Origin: a virus
Lineage: Duplodnaviria; Caudoviricetes
DNA: 41,993 bases
Strand: one strand, 5' to 3'
Virus record (IMG/VR): IMGVR_UViG_3300044728_000134
Coordinates: 1 to 41,993 of that record
Shown: positions 8,950 through 18,799 of the stretch, piece after piece
Layout: the number at the start of each line of letters is the position of its first letter
Position numbering within the stretch: the first letter of the stretch is position 1
Made by a program: the position numbers and the translations under genes
The notes under the pieces: generated by a model
What the model was told of the DNA's origin: nothing
Seen by the model: the letters and a program-made list of their open reading frames with translations, nothing else
Database searches by the model: none

Positions 8950-11247
8950 ATGGCCAGTTCACAGTACAGCGCAGTCAAGTCCGCGCTCTCGAACAAGCTG
9001 TTCGGCGCGGACATCGCTGTCGGGAACATGACAGCGGAGCAGCGCAAGCTGTTTCAGCAAGAGTTCGACAAGTACGCGAGCTCGCTGCCCAAGCTCCAGC
9101 AGCAGGAGTTTCGCGACCAGCTCTCGACGGAGATCAACGCCAACCCGCTGCCGGGCTCGCGCGGCGTCACGCCGTACAGCGGCGAGCGCGCAGCAGTCAC
9201 GGGTCAGATCCGGGACGCCACGGCTGCGGCCAACGCCACCGACCAACGGCTGATCGCCGACTACACAAGCGCCGGCAACCTCGCTAACCAGATCGACACC
9301 AACGCGATCGGAAGCCTGACGAGCGCGCAGGACACAGCGCGCCAGGGCTACGCGAACGTTGCCGGCCAGCAGCGCCAGACAGCCAACGACTACAACAACC
9401 TCTCGGCGCAGCTGTTCGGCGGATACGCGCAGGGTCAGGCGGGCCTGAACGCGCAGGACCAGTCTGGCTACGACCGCTACATCAGCGAGACCACGCCGCT
9501 CATGACGCGGCAGACCGCGCGCAGTTCGGACCCGGCGGACCTGTCGCGCCAGCTCGGCGCGTACAACGCAGCCGCAGGCATGGCGGGCGGCTCGCTCGAC
9601 TATTCGGCTGCGCAGTACGCGTCTAACCCAGCGGACATCGCGCGGCAGACGCAGTCTTATAACCAGCTGTACGGCGCGGGGCAGGGCTCGCTCGACTACA
9701 CGGCGGCGCAGTGGCAGAGCAACCCGGCGGACCTCTCGCGGCAGCTGCAGGGCTACAGCGACCTTCGCGGCATCGGGCAGGGCTCGCTCGACTACACCGC
9801 CGACAACTGGGTCACGAAGGGCGAGGACGAGTCGCGGCAGCTGAGGTCGCACAACGACTTCAACAACATCGCGAACGGCGTTCTCGACTACGACAGCCAG
9901 GCCGCGCGCGCGTTCGCGGACCCGCAGGATCGCGCGAACCAAGAGAAGGCGCTCCTCGACATCAAGAATGACCTGCAGTTCGGCGGCAAAGACCAGCGCG
10001 AGGTGATGGAGAAGTTCAAGGCCCTGTCGGACCCTGCGGTCACCGGCAAGGAGCGCTTCCTCTCCGAGCTCGCGCGCCGCGAGTTCGAGACGCAGGACAA
10101 GAGCTCGCGCGACGCCGTGTCGGCGAACCTCGCGGCTCGTGGCATGCGCTCGGGAGGCCAGCTCATCGCAGGGCAGCAGGCCGCTCACCAGCAGATCAGC
10201 CAAGACCGCTTGCTGAAGGAGCTCGGGATTCAGGCACAAGCGGTCGATCGCAGCATGCAGGCGCTCGGCGGCTGGGGCTCGAGTGCCAACGCGCTGCGCT
10301 CGGGCGACCAGAACGCGCTCAACATGCAGGCTGGCTTGTCCACGGCGCTGCGCAACGCGTCGTTCGATGAAGCGTACAAGCGCGGCATCGGCGCGGACAC
10401 CGCGAGCCAGGCGAACCAGGGCGTTAGGCTCGCCGGCTATCAGGGCAAGGCCGACCAGGCGAACATCATGCGCGGCCAAAACGATCAGGTCGGCATGTTC
10501 AACAGCCAGCAGAACAACGTGGCCAAGGCGAACAACCAGGGCACGCGCCTCGCCGGCTACCAGAGCTCAGCGCAGCAGTCGAACGCGATCCGCAACAGCA
10601 ACGACGCGGTGGGCACCTTCAACGTGGGCCAGCGCAACACGGCGTCGGCGAACAACCAAGCCACGCGCCTAGGCGGCATGACCGCCGCGGCGTCGCAGAG
10701 CAACTCGATCCGTTCGGCGAATGACGCAGTCGGCACCTTCAACGTTGGACAGACGAACATCGCGCAAGCGAACAACCAATCGACGCGCGCGCAGGGCGTC
10801 GGCATCCAGGCGGCGCAGTCGAACGCGATCCGCTCGGCCAACGACTCGCAGCGCCAGTACGAAGACACGTTCTCGCAGAACGAGTCGACGCGAGTCGGCA
10901 ACCTCGCTGGACAGCGCGCGCAAACGGGCCTCGCGACCACGGCGCAGATCGGCGGCCGGCAGAGCGACGTGCAGGGCGCGGGGCAGAATGCGCTAGATGC
11001 CGCGTACGGCCGCACGTCGGACGCGAACAAGACCGACTGGCAAGTGGTCGGCAACGACTACGGCATGTCGAAGGACTACTTCGACGCGGTCACCGGCGCG
11101 GGCCAAAACCGCGTGGATCGAGCGTCCGGAACTGCGGGCCTCGGCCTCACGGCGAACAGCGCCGGCACCGACCGGCTGATCAAGTCGCTCGGCATTCAGA
11201 ACGACCAATGGATCGACGCTGAGGAGCGCGCGCTCGCGGGGCTCTAA
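8950..11247 (+). CDS. Repeat-rich internal virion / DNA ejection protein
   Basis: 765 aa, Ala/Gln/Asn/Gly-rich and helical, with two arrays of tandem repeats (32 aa and 40 aa). Confidence 0.6.
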   Translation: MASSQYSAVKSALSNKLFGADIAVGNMTAEQRKLFQQEFDKYASSLPKLQQQEFRDQLSTEINANPLPGSRGVTPYSGERAAVTGQIRDATAAANATDQRLIADYTSAGNLANQIDTNAIGSLTSAQDTARQGYANVAGQQRQTANDYNNLSAQLFGGYAQGQAGLNAQDQSGYDRYISETTPLMTRQTARSSDPADLSRQLGAYNAAAGMAGGSLDYSAAQYASNPADIARQTQSYNQLYGAGQGSLDYTAAQWQSNPADLSRQLQGYSDLRGIGQGSLDYTADNWVTKGEDESRQLRSHNDFNNIANGVLDYDSQAARAFADPQDRANQEKALLDIKNDLQFGGKDQREVMEKFKALSDPAVTGKERFLSELARREFETQDKSSRDAVSANLAARGMRSGGQLIAGQQAAHQQISQDRLLKELGIQAQAVDRSMQALGGWGSSANALRSGDQNALNMQAGLSTALRNASFDEAYKRGIGADTASQANQGVRLAGYQGKADQANIMRGQNDQVGMFNSQQNNVAKANNQGTRLAGYQSSAQQSNAIRNSNDAVGTFNVGQRNTASANNQATRLGGMTAAASQSNSIRSANDAVGTFNVGQTNIAQANNQSTRAQGVGIQAAQSNAIRSANDSQRQYEDTFSQNESTRVGNLAGQRAQTGLATTAQIGGRQSDVQGAGQNALDAAYGRTSDANKTDWQVVGNDYGMSKDYFDAVTGAGQNRVDRASGTAGLGLTANSAGTDRLIKSLGIQNDQWIDAEERALAGL

Positions 11248-11251
11248 AACC

Positions 11252-13174
11252 ATGGGATACAACGACCTCAGCTATGCACGCTCTCGCGGTCTCGGCGTCC
11301 TCGACGACGAGGACGAGCTTGAGCGACGCAGGCGCGCCGACGAGCTCGCGTCGCTGGCGCCCAGCTCGCCCGACGCATGGATCGATCAGCAGGCCAATCG
11401 CAACCCGACGTGGATGCGCCGGCAGCCGGACATGTCCATCGGCACGTTCGAGGCGCAGGACGCTCCGGACATGACGATCGGCCTGGATGAAGCCGAGCGG
11501 CGCCCCGACATGACGTTCACCGAGCAGGAGACGGACACGGCGCCGAATCCCAGCTTCAGCCCGGACATGACGTTCTCGCTCGAGGAGTCTCGGCGTAACT
11601 CTGCGCTAGCAGATGACGAGTTGTGGGATCGAAGCCTTCGCACTCCCGGATACGGTGCTCCGCCGAGCAGCCAACAGTCGACGCCGCTGGCGGCTGCATC
11701 AGACGAGCGAACGGGCGGCCCGCAGCCGCAGCTATCCGCCCTGCTCGGGCAAGGGCCGGGCAACCTCGACCAGCGCTGGCTCGACGCCGAGGGCGCCGCG
11801 CTCGATCGCAGCGGCTACGGCGGCGGCGACGAGTACGGCATCGGCGAGGGTATTCGCGACTTCGCGCCGATGGCGATCGGCGGTGCGCTCGACATCCTGA
11901 TCAACAAGGGCAAGGGCCTGGGCGCGCTCACTGCCGGCGGGATGCAGGCGATCTCACACGAGAACGTGCGGCGCGACCGTTCCAAGCAGGCCGCGGCGGA
12001 CGACGCGCTCGCGATGAAGCGTCAGCGCGAGGCTGGCGGCGATCCGTCGCTCGAGCGCGCTTACAAGCTCGCGCAGATGGAGCGCTGGGCGAAGCAGGGC
12101 GAGCTCGGCGGCGAGAATCTCGAGCAGCGCCAGCTCAACACGATGATGAATCAGGCCAAGCTGGCCTACCAGCAAGACCCGAACAACCCGCAGGCGATTG
12201 CGATGGTCGCCAAGGTGAAGGAGCTCACCGGCGTAGACCTGGCCGGCCTCGGCAACCAGGCGGCGGGCAGGGTGATGCCGATCGTAGGTCGCGAGCAAGG
12301 CGCGAACCTCGCCGGACCGATGCAGGACGCGCGCAACCGGAGTGACCTGGCATTCGCCGGGCCGACTGCGACGGCGAAGGAGATTGGATCCGCGCGCGGC
12401 GAGCTCGAGGCCGCGCCCACGCAACTCGCTGCGAACACCGCGCTGGGCAAGGTGCCCGAGCGCGAGGTGCGCGACGAGACATTCACCACGCAGTTCGCCA
12501 AGGACAACGAAGCGCCGATCAAGGTCGGTCTCGCGCTGCAGGCGATCATGTCGAAGTCTCAGGATGGCCAGCCGGCACCGGGCCTCGACCCGGTGAGCCG
12601 ACTCGGAAGCAAGGTCCCGGGCGCAACGCAGCTGTTCCCGGAGACGTTCACCCAAGACGTGCAGGAGGTGTTGCAAAACCTCGACCTGGCGGAAGAGGCG
12701 TACTCGCGCGACCAGTCCGGCGCAGCCATTGGCGTCAAGGAGGCGGCGAAGTTCCTGCGACAAGTCATCGGCAGCCCGCTCGCCAAGGCTGAGGACGTGC
12801 AGGCGGCGATCGGCCGATTCGCCCAGCGCAACAACGAGTACCTGAGCGCGCGCGCCGCAGCGAACCCGAAGGCCGCTGGCTCAGTGTTCGAGGCTGCGGG
12901 CCTCAACATCGGCGGCGCGCCGAAGCCGCCACCAGCTGCAGGCGGCGGCAGTCGCGCGAACTACGGCCCAGACGCGGGGCACCCGAGCAACCTCGGCAAC
13001 ACCGGAGACGGCCGGCGTCCGCCGCCGATCCCGCCGCTCGCGCCTCCAGACCCGCGCGGTGGCGAGGGCAAGCCGCAGGCGATCAAGCGGCCTGACGGCG
13101 CCTACGACATCGACGGCGAGACGTACACCGAGGACGAGGTTCAGCGGCTCATGCGCAAGGGGCTGATCCAATGA
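11252..13174 (+). CDS. Internal virion / ejection protein
   Basis: 640 aa; position in the ejection module; hydrophobic Gly-rich segment 'FAPMAIGGALDILINKGKGLGALTAGG'. Confidence 0.55.
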   Translation: MGYNDLSYARSRGLGVLDDEDELERRRRADELASLAPSSPDAWIDQQANRNPTWMRRQPDMSIGTFEAQDAPDMTIGLDEAERRPDMTFTEQETDTAPNPSFSPDMTFSLEESRRNSALADDELWDRSLRTPGYGAPPSSQQSTPLAAASDERTGGPQPQLSALLGQGPGNLDQRWLDAEGAALDRSGYGGGDEYGIGEGIRDFAPMAIGGALDILINKGKGLGALTAGGMQAISHENVRRDRSKQAAADDALAMKRQREAGGDPSLERAYKLAQMERWAKQGELGGENLEQRQLNTMMNQAKLAYQQDPNNPQAIAMVAKVKELTGVDLAGLGNQAAGRVMPIVGREQGANLAGPMQDARNRSDLAFAGPTATAKEIGSARGELEAAPTQLAANTALGKVPEREVRDETFTTQFAKDNEAPIKVGLALQAIMSKSQDGQPAPGLDPVSRLGSKVPGATQLFPETFTQDVQEVLQNLDLAEEAYSRDQSGAAIGVKEAAKFLRQVIGSPLAKAEDVQAAIGRFAQRNNEYLSARAAANPKAAGSVFEAAGLNIGGAPKPPPAAGGGSRANYGPDAGHPSNLGNTGDGRRPPPIPPLAPPDPRGGEGKPQAIKRPDGAYDIDGETYTEDEVQRLMRKGLIQ

Positions 13175-14592
13175 GCGGCCGCAAACGACGCTTCGACGCC
13201 GCGCTGGCCGAGGAGGACGACGGCACTCTCGTGGCGCCGGTCGCTGACGAGTCGTGGGAGCAGCACCTCCCAGAGGGCTCGTGGAAGGACACGGCGACCG
13301 ATGCGGCCGGCGCGTGGGCCAACGGCGTCTTCCAGGGCGTCGGCATCAACCCGGCGGAAGTGCTCGACGCCACCGGCGGCCAGGAGCTCGGCGATCGGCT
13401 TCGGATGAAGCTGCAGACGGGGCGACAGGCCAGCCCCTACGCGGCGGGCCTGGGCGACTTCACCGGCGAACTCACGAGCCAGGTGGCATCCGGGCTCGGA
13501 CCGCTCGCAGGCGGCGCGCTCTCGGGCTGGGGCAACACAGAGGGCGACCTCGCCACCAAGGCAACCGGCGCAGCCGTGGGCGGCGCAATGGGCAAGGCTG
13601 GCGGCATGCTCACGGGCAAGCTGTCGTCGCTGCTGCGCGAGGGCTCCGAGGCTGCTGGCCGGTCGGCGATGAATAAGGGGCTTGAGCAGTCCGGTGCTGA
13701 GGCTGCCGACCTGCGGCGCTTGGACCAGCTCGGCGGGCGCGAGTATTTCGCCGAAGGCGCCCAGCGCCTCGGCCTCACTGGTCGGCCCGGAAAGGTGCTC
13801 ACCAAGGCGGAGAAGCTCGCGCAACAGCTCGAGGAGCAGCGCGCCGGACTCGTCGGCGACGCTCCGCCGGACATCGACCCGAGGGCACTCGGCGCTTCCG
13901 TGCGCGGGGCCGCGGACCGCTACCCAGGGATCACCCCGGTCGCCAACGCGGCGGACAACGCAGCCGGCTACGTCGACAACATCGACCGAGGCGGGCGCGC
14001 CGGCTGGGATGACGTCAACGCGCAGCGGAAATACTGGGGCGACAAGACGAACTTCGCGAGCGGCACGCCCGAGGCGAACATGCGGAAGGGCGTCTACGGC
14101 GCCTACAACGATGAGATGGGCGACGCGCTGTCGCTGCGAGACGCGGGCGCTGGTGACGCGTGGCGCCAGGCCGGACGCGACGAGCAGATTGCCATCGAGC
14201 TCGGCGACATCGCGAGCAAGGGCGTGGACCGCGCGCGCGGGCGAGAGTTCAGTCTGACCGGCACTCCGGCGCGGCTGCTCGGCGACATGGTGAACGGCCC
14301 CGGGCCAGCGAAGCTCTCAGCAGCGCTGCAGGGCGGCGGCAGCAAGCTCGCCGGAGCATTCCCCGCGGGCGTCGCAGGCGGCAACGCTGGCGCCGCCACA
14401 GCCGATCAGGTGCTCGACGCGCTGCAGAACAGTCCGCAGCTGCTCGGGCGGTACACCGACCAGTTTGCGCAGGCTGCGGGCTCGCCGTCGCCCGGCGCTG
14501 TGAGCGCGCTGATCGAGCGGCTGACCATGACCGACCCAGATTTCAGAACGCAAGTGCTGCCGCAGCTCTCGCGGCCATCCGGAGGCTATTGA
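13171..14592 (+). CDS. Internal virion / ejection protein
   Basis: 473 aa, Gly/Ala-rich 'GGALSGWG...GAAVGGAMGKAGG' typical of ejectosome proteins. Confidence 0.55.
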   Translation: MSGRKRRFDAALAEEDDGTLVAPVADESWEQHLPEGSWKDTATDAAGAWANGVFQGVGINPAEVLDATGGQELGDRLRMKLQTGRQASPYAAGLGDFTGELTSQVASGLGPLAGGALSGWGNTEGDLATKATGAAVGGAMGKAGGMLTGKLSSLLREGSEAAGRSAMNKGLEQSGAEAADLRRLDQLGGREYFAEGAQRLGLTGRPGKVLTKAEKLAQQLEEQRAGLVGDAPPDIDPRALGASVRGAADRYPGITPVANAADNAAGYVDNIDRGGRAGWDDVNAQRKYWGDKTNFASGTPEANMRKGVYGAYNDEMGDALSLRDAGAGDAWRQAGRDEQIAIELGDIASKGVDRARGREFSLTGTPARLLGDMVNGPGPAKLSAALQGGGSKLAGAFPAGVAGGNAGAATADQVLDALQNSPQLLGRYTDQFAQAAGSPSPGAVSALIERLTMTDPDFRTQVLPQLSRPSGGY

Positions 14593-14593
14593 C

Positions 14594-14965
14594 ATGTACA
14601 ACGCACAAGCAGTCAACCGCGTAGGCCCTGCTGCCAACAGCTTGGGAGCGGCCTACATCAATCGCGCGTTCCGCACGCCCGCAGCCGTGGACGGCTCCGC
14701 GTCGTGGACGATTCCCGGCACGGGCCCGCAGCTGCCCGGATGCTGGGTGTCGATCACCAACATCGGCACGCTCGCGACGGACCTGCTCGTGGTCGCGTTC
14801 GGGCGCTCGAGTGTTACCGGCGGCACGCCCAACGCGGTGAGCGCCACGGACTTCGTCGTGCTTCCCGGCACAACGCAAGAGTTCTTCTGCGATGCCGGCG
14901 TCGACACGGTGAAGTTCGGCGGACCGGTGACCGCGATCGCATCGCATTACCGCAGCTGCTTCTGA
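14594..14965 (+). CDS. Hypothetical small beta-rich virion protein
   Basis: GGAGG RBS; 123 aa in the tail region. Confidence 0.55.
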   Translation: MYNAQAVNRVGPAANSLGAAYINRAFRTPAAVDGSASWTIPGTGPQLPGCWVSITNIGTLATDLLVVAFGRSSVTGGTPNAVSATDFVVLPGTTQEFFCDAGVDTVKFGGPVTAIASHYRSCF

Positions 14966-14971
14966 GGAGAG

Positions 14972-15940
14972 ATGCAACGCAAGGGTCTCAGAGGTACGTG
15001 GTTCTCGCCGACCGGTCTGACGCCGGACGGCGTACCCACGGGCACGAAGGTCGATCGCGACATGGCGATCGGTCGCATGGACTCGTGCGGCGTGCCGCAG
15101 GTCGACAGCGCGCTGATCACCACCGACCCGATTCTCGGCGCGTACCTCGACGGTCAAGAGCTGATGCCGCGCATGGAGTCGCAGCTCAACCGGCCGATCA
15201 ACATGGCCGTTGCGTTCACCGACAACACGACGCTGTCGGCGAACGACTTCGTGTTCTGGTTGCAGTGGCCGGGCTCGCGCAAGGTGGTCGTGTCGCAGAC
15301 GCTCACTCAGCCCGGCTGGGATATGAACCTGAGCGCAGGCGGGACCTATGATGCTGTGTACAGCGCGGCCGTCGACAACCTGGTGCCGTACAAAGATCGG
15401 ATCCTGGCCGTCCGCATCGGCTGGGAGTTCAACGTCAACGGCGGCTATCCGTGGAGCATCGGCGGCGCCGGCTCGAATCAGACGCCAGCGAACTACGCCG
15501 CGAGCTTCAACCGCTTCGCGCTGATGTTTCGCGAGCGACTTCCGGGCGTGCTCATCGACTGGTGTCCGCTCTGGGATCACACGCTGCCGGACGCCTGGTA
15601 TCCGGGCGATGACGCCGTCGACGTGATCGGAAACGACGTCTACGTCAAGCAAGCCTTCCACGCGAACAGCTTCACGCCGGTACTCTACGGCACGGCTGGT
15701 CTGCTGTGGCAGGAGCAGTTCGCGCAGGCCCACGGAAAGATGATGAGCTTTCCGGAGTGGGCGATCGACTACGCGAACGGCGCCGACTTCATCATGAAAA
15801 TGGCGGAGTGGATGCGCAAGCCGCGTAGTTCGCGCGTGCTCTACCAAGGCTACTGGAACAGCAACAGCGCAGTGAGCACAGCGCTGGACGATCTACCTCT
15901 CAACCTGGCCGCCTACAAAGCGGCATTCGCGGAGCTCTGA
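14972..15940 (+). CDS. Glycoside hydrolase family 26 (beta-mannanase-like)
   Basis: 'RIGWEFN' (acid/base Glu), 'WYPGDDAVDVIGNDVY', 'GKMMSFPEWA' (nucleophile Glu); GAGGAG RBS. Confidence 0.85.
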   Translation: MQRKGLRGTWFSPTGLTPDGVPTGTKVDRDMAIGRMDSCGVPQVDSALITTDPILGAYLDGQELMPRMESQLNRPINMAVAFTDNTTLSANDFVFWLQWPGSRKVVVSQTLTQPGWDMNLSAGGTYDAVYSAAVDNLVPYKDRILAVRIGWEFNVNGGYPWSIGGAGSNQTPANYAASFNRFALMFRERLPGVLIDWCPLWDHTLPDAWYPGDDAVDVIGNDVYVKQAFHANSFTPVLYGTAGLLWQEQFAQAHGKMMSFPEWAIDYANGADFIMKMAEWMRKPRSSRVLYQGYWNSNSAVSTALDDLPLNLAAYKAAFAEL

Positions 15941-16740
15941 TGGTCTCGCGTCGCGCCGCCGCCAGCCACATGCTCCGCCGCGCACCGCGCTATCCGGACC
16001 ACTTCGGTTTTTCGACAGTCCCACCGATCGATCCGCTCATGATCGACTACTGGGACGCGAACGTCTTGGCGGCGACTGCGGCTGACCCTGGCGTGTTCCT
16101 GGTCGGCGGACAGGTCGACAGTTGGAAGGGTCACCGGGCGGGCATCGTGGTCACTGCGCCGGCTGCCGGTCAGCGGCCACTCTACGGGACGGACAGCTCG
16201 CTGCTTGGAAACGTTGTGCAGTGCACCGTGGCAAGCAGCAGGTGTCTGGTAAACACTGCCGCGGGAACGATCGTCGCAAACGGAACGCGTCCGTACACAT
16301 TGAGCGCCTTTCGACTGTCGACGGCCCCAGGCGCCAGCGTTATTTACGGCATCTTCGCCCTAGGCGTGGTCGCGAGCCAAGACCGCCACTTTGTTCACTA
16401 CCAGACGTTCGGCGGCTCGCAGTTGAGGCCGAACTACAACAACAACGCTGTCAACGTCCAAGCTACTGCGACCGCGGACACTCTGAGCCACGTCGTAGAG
16501 TTCTGGCCTGACGGCGCCAACCTCATTTGTCGCGACAACCGCACACAGTTTCAAACTGCATCCGCCGTCGCGCTAGGCGCTGACTGCACGGCGATTGCGT
16601 TCGGCCGGTCGTCGGCACTTAGCAACAGCTTCGCGAACGCCAACCTGGCGTGGAACGGCTTGTTTAGCGGCAAGCCGAGCGACTCTTATATCGACACGCT
16701 GATGGCGTGGCTGAGTTACTGGAAGGGCACAGCGCCCTGA
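15940..16740 (+). CDS. Lectin/LamG-like receptor-binding candidate
   Basis: Homologous to 5325-6080; more A/T-ending codons than neighbours. Confidence 0.55.
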   Translation: MVSRRAAASHMLRRAPRYPDHFGFSTVPPIDPLMIDYWDANVLAATAADPGVFLVGGQVDSWKGHRAGIVVTAPAAGQRPLYGTDSSLLGNVVQCTVASSRCLVNTAAGTIVANGTRPYTLSAFRLSTAPGASVIYGIFALGVVASQDRHFVHYQTFGGSQLRPNYNNNAVNVQATATADTLSHVVEFWPDGANLICRDNRTQFQTASAVALGADCTAIAFGRSSALSNSFANANLAWNGLFSGKPSDSYIDTLMAWLSYWKGTAP

Positions 16741-16757
16741 ACCACTGAGGTGACACT

Positions 16758-17222
16758 ATGGCTGTCGGGATTGGGCGAAGACTTCGCAACAACATGATGA
16801 ACGCGGCGTTTGGCAAGACGCCTGCGACGATGCCCACGGCGTGGTGGTTGTCGTTGCACACCACGAACCCCGGCGATGATGGCCAGGGCGGCGGCGAGCC
16901 CACGGCGACGGGCAGCTACGCGCGCGTGCAAGTGCTCGCGGCCGGCTGGAACGGGCTCACCAATACGCCGCCGCCACCGGCCAACGACGCGGCGTCGATC
17001 ATCGACAACGTAGGCATCGTGAACTTCCCCGCGAGCTCGGCGGCGTGGAGCACTGGCGCGACCAACCTGACGCACGTTGGCATCTGGGACAGCTCGAGCG
17101 CGACTGCCGAAGCCAACTTCATCGGCCGTGTGGCGCTGACGACGCCGCAGGCCGTGAACGCCGCTGGCATCACGCTCTCGATCGCAGCGGGCGCGCTCGA
17201 CATCACCGGCATCAGCACCTGA
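16758..17222 (+). CDS. Phage tail-fibre-associated protein
   Basis: 'WLSLHTTNPGDDG.GG.E.T...SYARV...FPASSAAW...THVGIWDS' is a widespread phage tail-protein pattern. Confidence 0.65.
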   Translation: MAVGIGRRLRNNMMNAAFGKTPATMPTAWWLSLHTTNPGDDGQGGGEPTATGSYARVQVLAAGWNGLTNTPPPPANDAASIIDNVGIVNFPASSAAWSTGATNLTHVGIWDSSSATAEANFIGRVALTTPQAVNAAGITLSIAAGALDITGIST

Positions 17223-17232
17223 TCGGAGTCCT

Positions 17233-17739
17233 ATGGCGACCGTTACCTACCCGCTATCCGTCGGGGCGCTCATTCCGAGCGCCACCGTGCCGCCCGAGCT
17301 CGTGCGCCTCGAAGGCACGAACTTCCCGGAGTTCGGCTACGCGTTCGCCGATGCGACCGCCGATGAAATCGTCTACACCGAGCGGCTGTTCATTCCGAAC
17401 TACGGTTCGGGCAACGTCTCCGTGATCTGCGACTGGCGGTCTCGCACGGGGCAAACGACCGGCGCGGTTGTGCTCGGCGCGGCGCTCTCGGTGATCACGC
17501 CGGGAGACGCGCAGAGCGTGGCGACGGATGCGTTCGCGACTGAGAACACGCAGACCACCACGGTCAACGGCACAGCCAACGGTCTGACGCGCACAACCAT
17601 CGCAGTCAGCAACCTGGACTCGTTGGCCGCGAACGACTCGCTTGTGCTGCGGCTCGTGCGCCGACAGAGCAACGGCTCGGACACGATGACCGGCGACTGC
17701 ATCATCGAGGGCGTGACCCTGCAGTACAGCGACACCTGA
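17233..17739 (+). CDS. Hypothetical tail-associated beta-sandwich protein
   Basis: GGAG RBS; 168 aa, beta-rich. Confidence 0.55.
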   Translation: MATVTYPLSVGALIPSATVPPELVRLEGTNFPEFGYAFADATADEIVYTERLFIPNYGSGNVSVICDWRSRTGQTTGAVVLGAALSVITPGDAQSVATDAFATENTQTTTVNGTANGLTRTTIAVSNLDSLAANDSLVLRLVRRQSNGSDTMTGDCIIEGVTLQYSDT

Positions 17740-17740
17740 G

Positions 17741-18799
17741 ATGGCAACGCACTTCACAGGCTCCGGCGACCGGCTTTCGCACAGCAACAGCGTCATCGCC
17801 GGCACGGCGAACCGCTCGTTTTCTGTGTGGGTGCGCAAGACATCGAGCGTCAACAACAGCCTTTTCCAGATCAGCTACGGCAGTGGCACGTGGCTCTCGG
17901 AGATCTCCACTTTCGGCGGCGACCTGTTCGTCACGGACGCTTCAAGCGGCGGCAGCGCGCAGTACACGTTCACCTTCACCGTCAACCAGTGGTACCACAT
18001 CGGCTATACGTACGACGGCACGAACAAGCGCGTGTACGTCGACGGCGCGCTTGTCTCGACGCAGGCGTGGAGCTCGGCGGGAGCGCCCAGCGGAGACGGG
18101 TGGATCTTCGGCGCGGCCAACTTCACGGCGCCCGACGCTGACCTGCAAGATATTACGATCTGGGACGTCGTCCTGACGGCCGATGAGATCGCCCAGCTGT
18201 TCCGGCAGCGATTGCCACGTCGGCGCAACAACCTCGTCGCGCACTACCCGTTGTTTCCGGACGCTGCGAGGACCGCAGACTACTCGGGCAACGGCCGCAC
18301 GCTGACTTCGGCAGGTACGCCGACCGAGGCGACGAGCAATCCGTCGGCCCCATGGACGGGCGGCCGGCCGCAAAGCATCTACATCGTCTCCGGCACCACC
18401 GTTCAGATCGCCGGCTCCGCCGCGACCAACTTTGGCGGCACAGCAGCCAGCACCGAATCCGTCGCGCTCGTAGGCGCTGCAGCCACGGCATTCGGTGGCT
18501 CCGCCGCTGGCCCCACGTCTGCCAAGTCGACCGCCGGAGCGGCTGCAACGGCGTTCGGCGGCACAGTAACGGTGACGCCGCTGAGCGTCGTCCAGATCTC
18601 AGGCGTCGCCGCGCCAACGCGCTTCGGCGGCGCCGCGGCAAACACGGCCGCAGCCGCGCTGGCGGGCGCTGCTGCCACGCAGTTCGGCGGAACGGTCACG
18701 GTGACAGGCGGTGGCGGCGGCGGAGGCGCCGACCAGGGCGCTCTCGGGGCGGCGTTCAGACGCCAGTCGATGGTCGCCGGCAGACGGAGGATCAGGTGA
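17741..18799 (+). CDS. LamG/concanavalin-like domain protein with C-terminal Gly/Ala repeats
   Basis: 'SFSVWV...NQWYHIGYTYDGTNKRVYVDG...LQDITIWDVVLTADEIAQL' is the LamG signature; five G.AAT.FGG repeats follow. Confidence 0.8.
   Translation: MATHFTGSGDRLSHSNSVIAGTANRSFSVWVRKTSSVNNSLFQISYGSGTWLSEISTFGGDLFVTDASSGGSAQYTFTFTVNQWYHIGYTYDGTNKRVYVDGALVSTQAWSSAGAPSGDGWIFGAANFTAPDADLQDITIWDVVLTADEIAQLFRQRLPRRRNNLVAHYPLFPDAARTADYSGNGRTLTSAGTPTEATSNPSAPWTGGRPQSIYIVSGTTVQIAGSAATNFGGTAASTESVALVGAAATAFGGSAAGPTSAKSTAGAAATAFGGTVTVTPLSVVQISGVAAPTRFGGAAANTAAAALAGAAATQFGGTVTVTGGGGGGGADQGALGAAFRRQSMVAGRRRIR

Noticed and set aside
9523-10860. CRISPR array or DGR template/variable repeats
   Set aside because: Repeats are degenerate, in frame and conserved at protein level; no spacers, cas genes or reverse transcriptase in the genome
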